From: Klebsormidium nitens
Taxonomy: Eukaryota > Plantae > Klebsormidiophyceae
Direction of reading: 5' to 3'
Assembly (NCBI GenBank): GCA_000708835.1
Contig: DF237439.1
Location: forward strand, 1-64,000
DNA length: 64,000 nt
How positions within the stretch are numbered: the stretch's first letter is position 1; each line of letters begins with the position of its first letter. Both the position numbers and the translations under genes were made by a program. Under the pieces are notes generated by a model. It ran no database searches, was not told the origin of the DNA, and saw only the letters and a list, made by a program, of their open reading frames with translations. Positions 1 to 10,418 of the stretch are shown one piece after another.

Positions 1-3000
1 TCTTCTCGATTTATACGGTACGAGAGGATCCGCTCTGCCTTCCTGTCCCCAAACATTTCAGAATTCTCATGCAATAGGAAGGCAATTATGCAAGAATAGG
101 ATGGTGACTAGACAAGATCGGAAGTTGACAGCCCTTCCTTTCTCGTCATCCTATCCTCATCTTGACAAAGAGTAAAACGAGTTGAAAACAAACCCATACA
201 CCATGCAATCATGTGTGAACAATCTGAACTGTATGGATGAAAAACCTTGAGGCCTGCCGTCTTATTTAGAAATGCTGTCTTTGTAGATGTCCGGATTGGA
301 TATGGAAATCTGACACCGCTATTGTAGGACCTAAAGTTCATCTATGGGGTGACTATAACTTGGGGGCTGGGCCAGAAGTGAAACATGATGGGAAACAAAA
401 ACCAAACCCTATGTATGCATAGTCTAATCTTATGCATCAGAATCACAAGCAAGCTTATCATCATGCATCTTCAAATCAATCTTCCCGCTTTCCGTAGAGC
501 TTCCGCATTAATCAGAATCTTCGTGCCTGGGGGATAAGATGTCATACCTGGGAGGGAGAAGGGAGAAGGGCTGTCAGAAATCCACCTGCGCAAAGTCTTC
601 AGAGGCTCGACCAGTCAGTTCGCTGAGAAGAATCGTCTTGAAAGTCCGGCAGCATGAGAAGAATCACTGGCTTCTGGCCCAGCCCCCTTTCTTGCGTCGC
701 TATCTCGTGCGTTTGCGCTAGCATTCCTAAGGAAGAAGCGCCTCTGCGCTTCGTCTGCTGATAGTATGACTGTAAAGCGCTTCTGTTCTATCTCGCGAAG
801 CAGGAAGAATTGATGCTTGACGAAGCGTGAAGCATCGTCAGTCTTCGCGGAATTCAAGCAGTGGTCAATTTTGAACGGAAACTAGATGACGTGGCAAGAC
901 TCGGACTGACTTGAACTAGTGAGGTCTGATCCTGACCGTCGATTTTAAGTTCCGTGACCAAGAATTTGAGAATACAGGGTTTAACGTACACCTGGGCTTG
1001 GCGCGTCGGCGTTGAGCGCGGCCGCCGCGGAAACGCTGGGAGCCGCGTTGGCGGCCGCCGACGTGTTCGCGGACCCGTTCTGCGAGTTCTTTTTGTTGTG
1101 CTGGCGCGTCCTGGGGCATTGAGGGGTTTTCACACCGTCTGTCGGAGCCTTGGCGAGCAGGGCCTGAAGTCCTGAGGATTGAAGAGATAAAGAAGTCTGC
1201 AGGTAGCATTCGCTTGAAGGCGAGCAGGTGTGAATTATTGCATTGAAACGAAAGTGTGGTTTCTGGATTGCATTAGAAACCACGTATTTTCGTTCGGATT
1301 AAAAGGGTGAAAATACAGTGAATTTTGATTCGAACTGCCAGACGTGCACGGCAGTGCACGAGGTGGCTGAGAGAATAAGAAATTACTGAATTTTGGACGT
1401 TTTTATGCGAACGTAAAAATGTGGTTTCTAATGGCACTCATGGCTCCGGCCGGCCTTTGGGCCTTGGCTAGAGTCATGCCAGTAGCTAGGCGGTAATTTA
1501 TTACATGTAATGCATGGCAGTAGCTAGCAGTGTTCAAGCAGTGTTCTGTTTTCATCAAGAGTACTCGTCCGGAGTCCAACTCCGGAGTCCAGACATGTCG
1601 CATCCGCACTAGGACCTCCAGGCTCCAGTAGGTCCTGTTATGTAGGTATACCTGAGCTAAAACTACCTATGTACCGTACTATCCGCTGTACGTCCAGTGT
1701 ACGTCCGCTGATCAGGCAGCTGCCCAAATCACTCTGCAGTAAGTACTGCGTACTACCGGTACGTAGGTACTTCGTCTCACTAGGTACCTATTTTGAGATT
1801 CAGTGCTTGAGAATATCGATTCATGCTCGCCAGTAGGTTATCAGTCTCCAAAAGTACTCCATTTGGCGTACCCCCTCAAGTCAAAGCTGGTCGTAACTTG
1901 TAAGTCATTTCTTCTAGTAGGTATCAGTATCAGAAGAGATCTCGTTCACATACAATCTCACCTCGGTTTTCAGTGACCTCCGTTTTCACCATATCGCCAG
2001 CTTCAAAGAAAGTCTGAAACAGGTCCAGCCACCCGCCTCCGCCCTCAGCCCTTCAGATTCATTGTGACCAACTGAGGATGGCCTTTACCGCAATGCGCCT
2101 CTGCCTCTTGGCGCTCCTGGCGTCAGCTGCGGTGACTACAGTCTCAGGTATGTGAGCGATTCCGCTTATCAGTCCCATCATTTGTATTCTTGAACATGCT
2201 TTTTGCTGCCCACTTTGGTAATGAGGGGGGAGCGCTACCGCCACAGGTTCCCCCTAATCAAGGCCTGTTAATCGACTTCTCAGGGGGGGGGGAGCTTTTG
2301 ATGTTGAAAACAGCACTGCTTGACAAGACGCCAAGCTGACCATGTGCATTAGAGGCTAGGACCATCTTTTGTACTGACTATTTACGGGATGAAAGAAAAT
2401 ATTAAAGGGTAGCTTCCTGGAGAAATTAAGCTTTTTGACTGCTAAGCAAGTAATAAGTGGGGTGAGCAATGCCGTTTCTCGTGTCTGCCTACAAGCTTGA
2501 AAAGGTAGTCTGCAATTGGAAAGCTGCATATCTGGTCTTAACGTCTTCATGAAGGTTTGTCTTCTGTATAAATAAAAGAAAGAGGCCCAGAGAATGTGAG
2601 TCAGAAGGAAGGCTTAGCTTCCGAGTACGGCATTGTTCTGGTTCATGCCATGTGCTTGCTTGGTTTCGAATCTGTTCTCAGTGCCTTGACTTGACGACTT
2701 CCGTTCCTTCTGGTTGGCACTGACATGAACTGCAAGAAGTATTTAAGATATCAATCAAATAGTAATGAAGCACGTTGATCTCTTATCATTGGTTACAACT
2801 TAAAAGTTGAGCAATGTGGTTGGTGGAGTGGAGCCTCCAAGCTCCACCTTGTTGAAAACAAACTAAAGAGCTTCCATGAGGTTCACTTTTGTCACTCTTT
2901 TCCACATTCCTCTTATAGTCTGGATTCTCAACTCCAGTGCTCCCCATTGTTGAATACAAACTGAAGAACTGTCATGAGGTTCACTTCTGTCATTCTTTTC

Positions 3001-3892
3001 CGCGTTTCCCATTGGCGCTAAATTCTCAACCCCATTCTTACAAAAGCGCTGAGCTCTTGAGAATCTCCTCTGACAGGCCTAGACGCAGCTGAGCTGTTTC
3101 TTGGCACTTCTTTCTAGTCAGAAGCAGGGAAAGTCCTTTCAAAGGTATCACAGTGTTGCGTTGGACCCTCAGTCATCATGCTGGGACTCCTTTCTCTGTC
3201 CCTCTCACTGTCTCCGCAGCTGGTCCTCTTAAAGGCAAAACCCGCTGCTTTCAAGGCAATTAGACTCTGGGCCAGCCACCAGGTCGAGCACTGCCAACCT
3301 CTCCCTATAATTGAACCCAATCCTTTCACCACGTGTCCTTGCAGAAGACTGCTCTGCCTCTTCTTTTGAGATCAGCTGATAAGGAACGAGGGGAATAAGG
3401 AATTTGTATGTCTATGCATACCTCAAACCAACTTGTCTCCTTCAACCTTGCAGGAGACTGCTCCACCTCCGCCCGGTTTGGGCTCTTTCGAAAAACCCAG
3501 AGGCAGAATTGATGATTAAAACGAAAGCTTTTTCATGTCCTTGTACAAGACTGGTCTACCCAGGCTACCTCTGCTGGGTGAAGCAAAGAACAGAGAAATG
3601 ATTGACACAGGAAATGTGGGCTCTTTTAAAAAACACGAGGGAGGACTGATGGAGAACGTGAAGAAGCTTAACACGTCCTTGCAAGATTGCTCCCTCCCTA
3701 CCCCTATTTGTCAAGTAAAGAACAAAGAAAAGCATGACACAGAAAACGTGGGCTGGATTTAACAAACCAACAGGAAGGACTAATGACGCAACGAAAGAAG
3801 ATCGACACGTCTCAAAGGAGATTGCTCTGGCTCGACAAAGAACAAGGAGAGGAACGTTTGAAGATTCTCAAACGCATCCACTTTTCTCTGCA

Positions 3893-4018
3893 GGACAATC
3901 ATGCTCCGCGCCTACCCCGAACCCTTGCTTCAGTGCTAACGGCTCCAAATCCATCTGTTGCGCTGGCAGCTGCGGGCCCTTCACCGCCACTGGCGGCGCC
4001 ACCTGTCAAGGCGCGTCC
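3893..4018 (+). CDS. Isolated Cys-rich host exon (GQSCSAPTPNPCFSANGSKSICCAGSCGPFTATGGATCQG); rest of gene not resolved
   Basis: Pyrimidine tract plus CTGCAG acceptor at about 3890 and GTAAGT donor at about 4019; one reading frame is Cys-rich. Confidence 0.4.
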
Positions 4019-4141
4019 GTAAGTCTCTCCAAAACCATTTTCTCACGTTGCTCGATAGCTAAGGGCTGACCTTTCGTTACGAGTCCTTTTAGCCGGCTGT
4101 CAAGGTCGCAGCCGTAAGTCAACAGACAGTTTACAATGTCA

Positions 4142-4612
4142 CTATAAATGATAGCCTGAATTTCCGAGACCAAAATGGCCGGAACAAGCGCACATGCCGC
4201 ATGTCGGACACGAATATTGGCATGCTATCAGCGGGTCCGCGGCGGGCGCCTGCCAGCTCATGGGCGTTCCGTATCTCGGACCGTGAGCACCATTCAAGTG
4301 GTACCCCATCGGACGCACCTCGTACATGGGAGGTATGAGCCGCGTGGTCTCATCGTAGATGGAGGCCTCAGACCCCGGATAGGGCGAGAGGACCGGCGAC
4401 GGTCCTCGGGCGTCGGGCGTCGCTGCTATGGGAACCTTCGAATCGGGGCCATCTCCCGTCACGGACATGTCAAAGTTGCGCTTCCTGCTGAAGTCGTCTT
4501 GTTCCTTCTCGCCAGACTTCCGGGCGGTCTTGTGCCGCAGCCCGTGATCCTTGTTATGACCCTTGACGAAAGATTGCCCGTAGACCTCGTTGACGTATGC
4601 ATACTCGAGCAT
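4142..4612 (-). CDS. NCLDV-type hypothetical protein
   Basis: 156-aa ORF starting MLEYAYVNEVYG, similar to the Y-x-x-(L/V)-x-E-x-(W/Y)-G N-termini of conserved NCLDV proteins; lies directly downstream of the DUF5767-like gene. Confidence 0.55.
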   Translation of the reverse strand: MLEYAYVNEVYGQSFVKGHNKDHGLRHKTARKSGEKEQDDFSRKRNFDMSVTGDGPDSKVPIAATPDARGPSPVLSPYPGSEASIYDETTRLIPPMYEVRPMGYHLNGAHGPRYGTPMSWQAPAADPLIACQYSCPTCGMCACSGHFGLGNSGYHL

Positions 4613-4759
4613 TTCACATGTACCACGCCTTTAGTACCTTACGCGACAATATTTTTATTGGCTGAGTGAACCCCATCAAATGACATATGTGCCTGTGAAT
4701 ACGGGCATGTGTGCCATTTTATACTGGCCGATCTACGTGTGTGCGCGTGGGCAGCCCAG

Positions 4760-6085
4760 CTACTTGATCTCGACTTCCAGCTTGGCCACCTTCGTTCCCC
4801 CTGCTTGACGTCCAGGGGCGACTTTCCTCACCGTGGTTCGGACGCCAGCCGGTGCAGGAGCCGGGCGCTTCTTCGGCACGGTAACGGAAAAGCTGCTGTT
4901 ACCTCCTGATAGATCTATAGAGGACACGCTCAAGCTACCGGTCTCGCTCCCGTCGACGCCCTTTGCCTTCTTCTTCTTGGGGGCGCTCTTCTTCGTAGAC
5001 TCGGACGCGGAAGTCCCCTCGGAAGTCGTCGTCGTGTACTCGGACCCTGTGCTCTCGCTGCTCTCTTCGCTCGTCTCCGAACGAGGTCTCTTGACTCGCT
5101 TCTTCGTTTTCGGTTCTGCAATGTCCACCCTCTGCGTCGGGACGAATTCACCGCGCGTGGTCATAGGAGGGTCCATCAGGTTGCTGAATCCGTTTGCGGG
5201 TGGTTGCTGCTGTTGCACGAAGGAAGGATTGACGCCCTTCGCCATCTGTTCCTTCATGATTCCCTCCATCATCTTCTGAACCATTTCTGGGTTCTCCTCC
5301 GCGATCTTCGTCATCGAGGGAGTCACGGCTTTCATCATCGCCTTTGTGAAGCAGAACGTAAATGCATTGCCGACGAACATGGTGAGCAGTTGCATCTCTG
5401 GTGACACGGCCGAGGCCTTCTTGCTGTACTTTCTGGTGAGACGTTCGAAGACGCCGTCGTATCTCTCTATGCGCTCGAAGAGAGACTCGCTGAATCCCTG
5501 CATGTCCAGGTCGAAAGGGTTGAATTTTGCGTTGGCTATCTCCAAGCCCGCCGCGAAGGTCACCAGAGTCGATCTACAGAACTGGATGCCGTTCTTTATG
5601 GTCTCGTCTTGCTGGAAAGCTTTCAACTCGATCCTCATCTCCTCCAGATCACTGTCCATGTCAAAGGCCGTGATCCCCTTCACACCGTCCTCCTTCATCC
5701 TACGGAGAGCGAGTAGGATGTGTAGCTTCTCCTCCTTGAGGGTAGCGTAGCCAGGGGAGGGTTTTAGTGCTGGAGTCGGAGTCCTAGATCGACGATGGAT
5801 CTTTCGTGATCTCGGGACGGAGACCAGGCTCGCGGTCTCGCTGTCCGACGCGAACATGGACCCTCTGTCTCTGGGAGAAGGAGACCTCGCCGGTGGAAAA
5901 CCGCCCGTACGTTGCTTCTGGGGATTGGCCAGATCATCGATCCCGAGCAGGTCGGGGTAGTGGGGTGGTCTCCTTCGGACGTGCTCCCCCTCGGAGCCGT
6001 GCTCACTCGGGGCTCGTCCCCAAGCCCTTCCGGGGGCGAGGTCTGGGGTGCTGGACCTGTCCCGACGTGGAGATGGGCTCCTCAT
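4760..6085 (-). CDS. NCLDV conserved protein, DUF5767-like
   Basis: Core motif LEIANAKFNPFDLDMQGFSESLFERIERYDGVFERLTRKY...SPEMQLLTMFVGNAFTF matches, from recall, the conserved phycodna/mimivirus DUF5767 family; low-complexity flanks. Confidence 0.75.
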   Translation of the reverse strand: MRSPSPRRDRSSTPDLAPGRAWGRAPSEHGSEGEHVRRRPPHYPDLLGIDDLANPQKQRTGGFPPARSPSPRDRGSMFASDSETASLVSVPRSRKIHRRSRTPTPALKPSPGYATLKEEKLHILLALRRMKEDGVKGITAFDMDSDLEEMRIELKAFQQDETIKNGIQFCRSTLVTFAAGLEIANAKFNPFDLDMQGFSESLFERIERYDGVFERLTRKYSKKASAVSPEMQLLTMFVGNAFTFCFTKAMMKAVTPSMTKIAEENPEMVQKMMEGIMKEQMAKGVNPSFVQQQQPPANGFSNLMDPPMTTRGEFVPTQRVDIAEPKTKKRVKRPRSETSEESSESTGSEYTTTTSEGTSASESTKKSAPKKKKAKGVDGSETGSLSVSSIDLSGGNSSFSVTVPKKRPAPAPAGVRTTVRKVAPGRQAGGTKVAKLEVEIK

Positions 6086-6423
6086 GGTAGGTAATTCCTA
6101 GGAGGGTACTCGGCGCGACTGGGTTGCCTCTCGATCGGCCGCATGGGACCTTTCGGACGCTCCTCCCAAGCAGGAGGCTGTCTCTCGTTCGGCCGCATGG
6201 GACCTTTCGGACGCTCCTCATTCGGACCCTCCCCAGCAGGAGTCCTCGGAGGTGGGTCGTCCAAAGTGGGACTCGGGTTCATGTTGATGCTGACATTGAG
6301 ATCCGGGCCCGTAGGCTGCGTGGCGATTCGGACGGTGCCCCCCTCACCCTCCCTCTTTACGGACACCAGATTCTGCTGCGTTGGCTGCTTCGTTGGCAGT
6401 CCCTCTTGAGACTGCTGCTCCAT
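6082..6423 (-). CDS. Pro-rich ORF overlapping the DUF5767-like start (ATGA); possibly its frameshifted N-terminus
   Basis: ATG at 6423 (MEQQSQ...); its TGA overlaps the next ATG; contains a 30-bp direct repeat. Confidence 0.4.
   Translation of the reverse strand: MEQQSQEGLPTKQPTQQNLVSVKREGEGGTVRIATQPTGPDLNVSINMNPSPTLDDPPPRTPAGEGPNEERPKGPMRPNERQPPAWEERPKGPMRPIERQPSRAEYPPRNYLP
6137..6219. repeat. Two copies of about 30 bp (cggccgcatgggacctttcggacgctcctc), encoding ERPKGPMRP twice on the minus strand
   Basis: Copies at about 6137-6166 and 6190-6219. Confidence 0.85.
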
Positions 6424-6567
6424 CTTACTCTTGTGAGCCCCATAAAAGATACCGAGCTTCGGACGCAGCACTATAAAGTCGGGTCCAGGGCCCTCATTTC
6501 TTCATTCCTCCATAGACGCATACCGCGTTTCATTCCCCTCGATAATATTAGGTGCAGGGTAGCAGAT

Positions 6568-7493
6568 ATGGCGACCACTCAGACGAACAACCTGCCCGCG
6601 CAACAGGTGGTGGCCCCGAAGGCGAAGGTCACTAAGACGGTGGCGGGAACGAAGCGACAGAAGGTGGCGGCGAAGCCCGAGCAGATTCCTGCGGCAGAGA
6701 CCGACGGGACGGCCTCTTCGGCACCACAGCCTCCGGCCACCGACATGACTATCCAGGAGGACGGGATCATGGACACCGCGGTCTCCAGCGGCGATCCCGT
6801 CCTGGGCAAGCTGGACGAAATCATCAAGATGCAGACCAAGATGCAGAGGGCTCAGGCGAAGACCCAGAAGCAGGTGGCCCTGATCCTCTCTCTGCTGAAT
6901 GCCGAGGAGGCCGAGAGCGCCGATGGAGAAGAACCCACCGTGGGCAAGAAGAGATCTCGGGCAGTGGCGACCAAGGCGAAGAAGGAGCCGAGTGGCTTTG
7001 CTAAGCCGAGCTATCTGAGCCCAGAGCTGTGCGAATTCTTGGACCTCCCCATCGACAGCCAGCTCCCTCGCACGGAGGTCACGAAGCGGCTGGTCGCCTA
7101 CGTGAAGGAGCACGACCTCCAGAAGGAGTCCCCGAACGATCGCGCTTCGTCTTCAGGCCCCTCGTGCAGAGCGTGGAGAGGTTTCGGCTGGAGCTCGGGG
7201 GTTGCTCGAAGTTCCTGGGTTTCCCAGCAGGAGTGAGTTCTTGGAACACCGAAGCAGCGAACGTCGGGGTGGATCCGAACGATCCGCTGTACGCAGGTGC
7301 GCTCGCTTCCCCCAACTACGCTAATCTCTTCGGGGACTCCTACGCCTTCCTCTCGTGCCCCGAGCTGAACACGAGCTTCCACGAGACCACCTACAATCGA
7401 GCTGACCAGATGCGTCACTCCCTCCAACCTCCTGCCCTCGAAGAACCACTCGCCGGTGAGGACGGGCTTACGCGCCGAGAAAAAGGCCCCTAG
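6568..7493 (+). pseudogene. SWIB/MDM2-domain protein of NCLDV type, frameshifted at about 7141-7145
   Basis: KKEPSGFAKPSYLSPELCEFLDLPIDSQLPRTEVTKRLVAYVKEHDLQ is a SWIB domain; adding one C at gatcgcgcttc restores NDRRFVFRP and continues into the 7029..7493 frame. Confidence 0.75.
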
Positions 7494-8381
7494 ATCCCCG
7501 GCGACGGCCTGTGGCCCGTGCTCCTCGTCGTTCCTGCCACGCAGAGTGAGATTTTGACCTGGTTCGTGCACCACCCCCAGTGCCTCCGAAGGCTCGAGAC
7601 GGACGACGAAACCGTCCTCGAGTCTCAGGACGGCGGAGAAACCGTCCAGCAGAGTGGCGCTCCTCACGTACTGAGCCTTTGACTGAGACAGAAAGCTGGG
7701 AATCACGCAGGTGTCGACGTAACCCGCTATGAGCCACTTCCGTTCTTCTGCACAGAGTATGGGGACTGCTTCTTCCCAGCGTGCCACGTTCAGGAACTTC
7801 ATGATCTTCTTCTTCGAGTCAGGAGAGAGCGGGATGGCCTTGGCACAAGTGGCCCTGACGGCCGCCTGTACCGAAGACTGACAGCATCACAGAAAGTCCA
7901 AGATGACATCCCAGGCCTCCTGTGCTCCCTTTGCTACTTCTACTTTGGACCGCAACGAGCGCATCTCATCCCCGCACTCAGAGTCTCCAAAGATCTCCTC
8001 TTCTACCAGCCCATCAAAGAGCAGATCCTCCAGCGATGATTCGAACGCCACTCGAGCGCTGCGAAACGCCATGTGGGCCTGGACTGCAGAGTCCATACAG
8101 GTCTTCAAGAGCTGCTCTACTTGGTGATGGCTAGCTTTTGCGGAAGCCACGTCGCCGACCCACCAAGCTTCCCAAGCTTCTATCAGAGCGTCCAGAGCAG
8201 ACCTATACAGAGGAACGACTTCTGCGACGCTGAGTTCATACTCGTGGGTCGGAGAGGCATAAACGGACACCAAGTGTGCGTGAAGATCCTTTGACGTTAT
8301 GTAAGAAGTCGGACTGCTGGGCGAAGGAGCGGCGGGCACCTTTTCGAAAAGACTCTCTACCTCGATCCGAAGACTCGCCAT
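7490..8381 (-). pseudogene. Viral-style hypothetical gene split by an in-frame TGA at 7887-7889
   Basis: ORFs 7887..8381 and 7098..7802 are in the same frame and read through as DFL*CCQSSVQAAVRATCAKAIPLSPDSKKKIMKFLNV; 3' end uncertain. Confidence 0.55.
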
Positions 8382-9289
8382 CGTGGCGTGGAGTTGAGAT
8401 TGAAAGAATGGTCGGCTCGATATCAGCTTTTATACTCGTGACGTCCGAAAGAAATACCTCGTCCGAAAAGCGGCGTCCGAAACTCACCTTCTCGGCTCAC
8501 TGCCACTCTTCCTGTTTTCTCCTTCTCAAGCTCTCCCGCAAACTCTCGTTGCTCTTCCGCCACTTCCTTCTCTGCCGCTCTTCACGTCCTCTCTTCAACC
8601 CCCTCAAATGCAGCATTGTCCGGCAGTCCAGAACAGCACCCCTGCAGCGGGCAGCCAAAAATCTTCAAGCAACCAATGTGAAACCGAGTTTCTGATGGTG
8701 CCTCTGTAAACCTTCATCACTTCCCTGCGAGATGCTATTCAATGCCATCCACGGACAGCCTGGGAGTATACAGTCACCCTGCAAGGCAACCAACATTTTT
8801 GTGACAATATGGACAAGCCCGAATGTTGTAGAAGGCTGACAGATCTTGTTCCAAGAAAAGGTGACTCAGGAAGGCATGCTTACTTTTGTGGAAACACAAT
8901 GCCAGCTTCGTCCAGCAATGCACAGATGTTGCCCTTGCCCACTGTTATTTGAATCTTCTTTTCAATCGACTGCCTTGACATGCTCCTATCCTATTTGCAG
9001 CGGCTATAATGTCTCTTCTGAAGGGTTCATTAATCTGCTGTAATTTCAAACATGCATGTTTCCCGCTCTTAGTAATCGCACCCTGACCAAGTACATTCGA
9101 TACTTCCACCTCAAAGTTCCCCCGCCTGCCCTTACTAGCTCTGAGCCATGGTCCTGGCAACACTCTCCCCTCAGTGACGCAAGCCGCACATTGACACATG
9201 ATGAAACCAAGCGGATATAGCTGCAGATCCTTACGGCAACGCTTCTTTCTTCCCGGTACAGGCTAACAAGCTGGAAATATGGAGTCCTG

Positions 9290-9731
9290 TCACCGAAAGG
9301 GCTTAGCATCGCACTTCGACCGGGCACCAGAAAGGCCGCAGGTCTCGGCCGAGAGGCGCCCGGTCGAAGTATGCACTTGCACTTGCACTTGCAGTTGGCC
9401 GACCGGGCACCAGAAAGGCAGCATGTCTCGGCCGAGAGGCGCCCGGTCGAAGTATGCACTTGCACTTGCACTTGCAGTTGGCCGACCGGGCACCAGAAAG
9501 GCAGCAGGTCTCGGCCCTCCTTCCAAGCATGCTCCAATCAGTAGATTCACCATTACATTTCATGAACTCCAAAGCCCTCTGCAAACGCTTCAAAACGCCA
9601 GTAGCGCTGACATCATCCAGGTCGGCCGCACGTACATCAGCGATCGTCGTCAGTCCCGCCCTATTGAACAGTTCGAGCAGGCGGCCATGGCCAACAATCT
9701 TCAGATCGCCGAGATCAGCACTACCAGGCAT
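9290..9731 (-). pseudogene. Small protein with a helix-hairpin-helix-like segment; C-terminus scrambled by an 83-bp tandem repeat
   Basis: MPGSADLGDLKIVGHGRLLELFNRAGLTTIADVRAAD resembles an HhH segment; the repeat length is not a multiple of 3. Confidence 0.35.
9317..9516. repeat. 83-bp tandem repeat (about 2.4 copies) with internal palindromes
   Basis: Units start at 9317, 9400 and 9483; arms cgaccgggc / gcccggtcg, palindrome tctcggccgaga, and three copies of gcactt. Confidence 0.9.
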
Positions 9732-10157
9732 GTTTTGCAATACAATCTCTGACAAAAGATCGAGTTGTTTACAACCGTCCGATGCGAGTAAGTTATGATA
9801 AGGCGAGTTCAGCCTAAACTCGTGCCCGAGACGGAATGACACGTCACATACGGGTACGAAAGGGCTACATTCATCATAGTGTCAACTGCTGACCTGTATA
9901 TGACATCACTATCGTGGTAGGCCCACGTGAATTTCTAATCGGAACGGCTGTCCATCCGGTTGCTGAGTTGTCAAACCCCCAGCCTACTAGGGCAGTCCTT
10001 TCGTGGATATCAGGGCAGTCCTCTTGGAAAGTCTACAAAAGCAGATCAGGGGCCTGTTGCCTCCAATCCATTTTTCAGAAACCTCGCACTTCTTGCCTCC
10101 AGCAACCACCTTCCATCTGTCCTTCCGTCTGCGGAATACAAGCCCTTGAACAGAATC

Positions 10158-10325
10158 ATGCCTGGAAAAACCCCCATGACAGGTGACGCCGCAGCCAGGA
10201 TCCAGTCGGCCACCGCAAAGGCCGGTGATGGAGGGGTACCGAAAGGCAGCTTTGCGGCAAGGGCTCAAAGTGCAGCTGCTACCAATGTCAACACCAGCGG
10301 GTCCCAGCCTTCCGGAAAGAAGTAG
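10158..10325 (+). CDS. Small SMP/LEA-like hydrophilin (55 aa)
   Basis: MPGKTPMTGDAAARIQSATAKAGDGGVPKGSFAARAQSAAATN fits the MT-x-x-AA-x-RIQS...GSFAARAQSAA pattern of small SMP-type proteins; a GTAAGT just past the stop suggests a host 3' UTR intron. Confidence 0.7.
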   Translation: MPGKTPMTGDAAARIQSATAKAGDGGVPKGSFAARAQSAAATNVNTSGSQPSGKK

Positions 10326-10418
10326 CTGCCGCGTAAGTATATGTTTGGGCATCTCTCTCAAGAATCTGCTTGTCAATTTGTTTGTGCAACCTGGAAGAGG
10401 TAGCTATGTCTATGATAT

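Noticed and set aside
1-3300. Short ORFs and gtac-rich low-complexity sequence
   Set aside because: No recognisable domain, consistent splice chain or terminal repeats could be established by eye.
6124-6567. N-terminal 148 aa of the 370-aa plus-strand ORF
   Set aside because: It is antisense to the Pro-rich minus-strand ORF and its repeat; the SWIB protein plausibly starts at ATG 6568.
8640-9200. Possible protein-kinase relic on the minus strand (VLGQGA..., HKNVG.LAG, PWMAL)
   Set aside because: Fragments lie in different frames, and no HRD, DFG or APE motif was found.
9317-9516. CRISPR-like array
   Set aside because: Units are contiguous and near-identical with no unique spacers; no cas genes; eukaryotic context.
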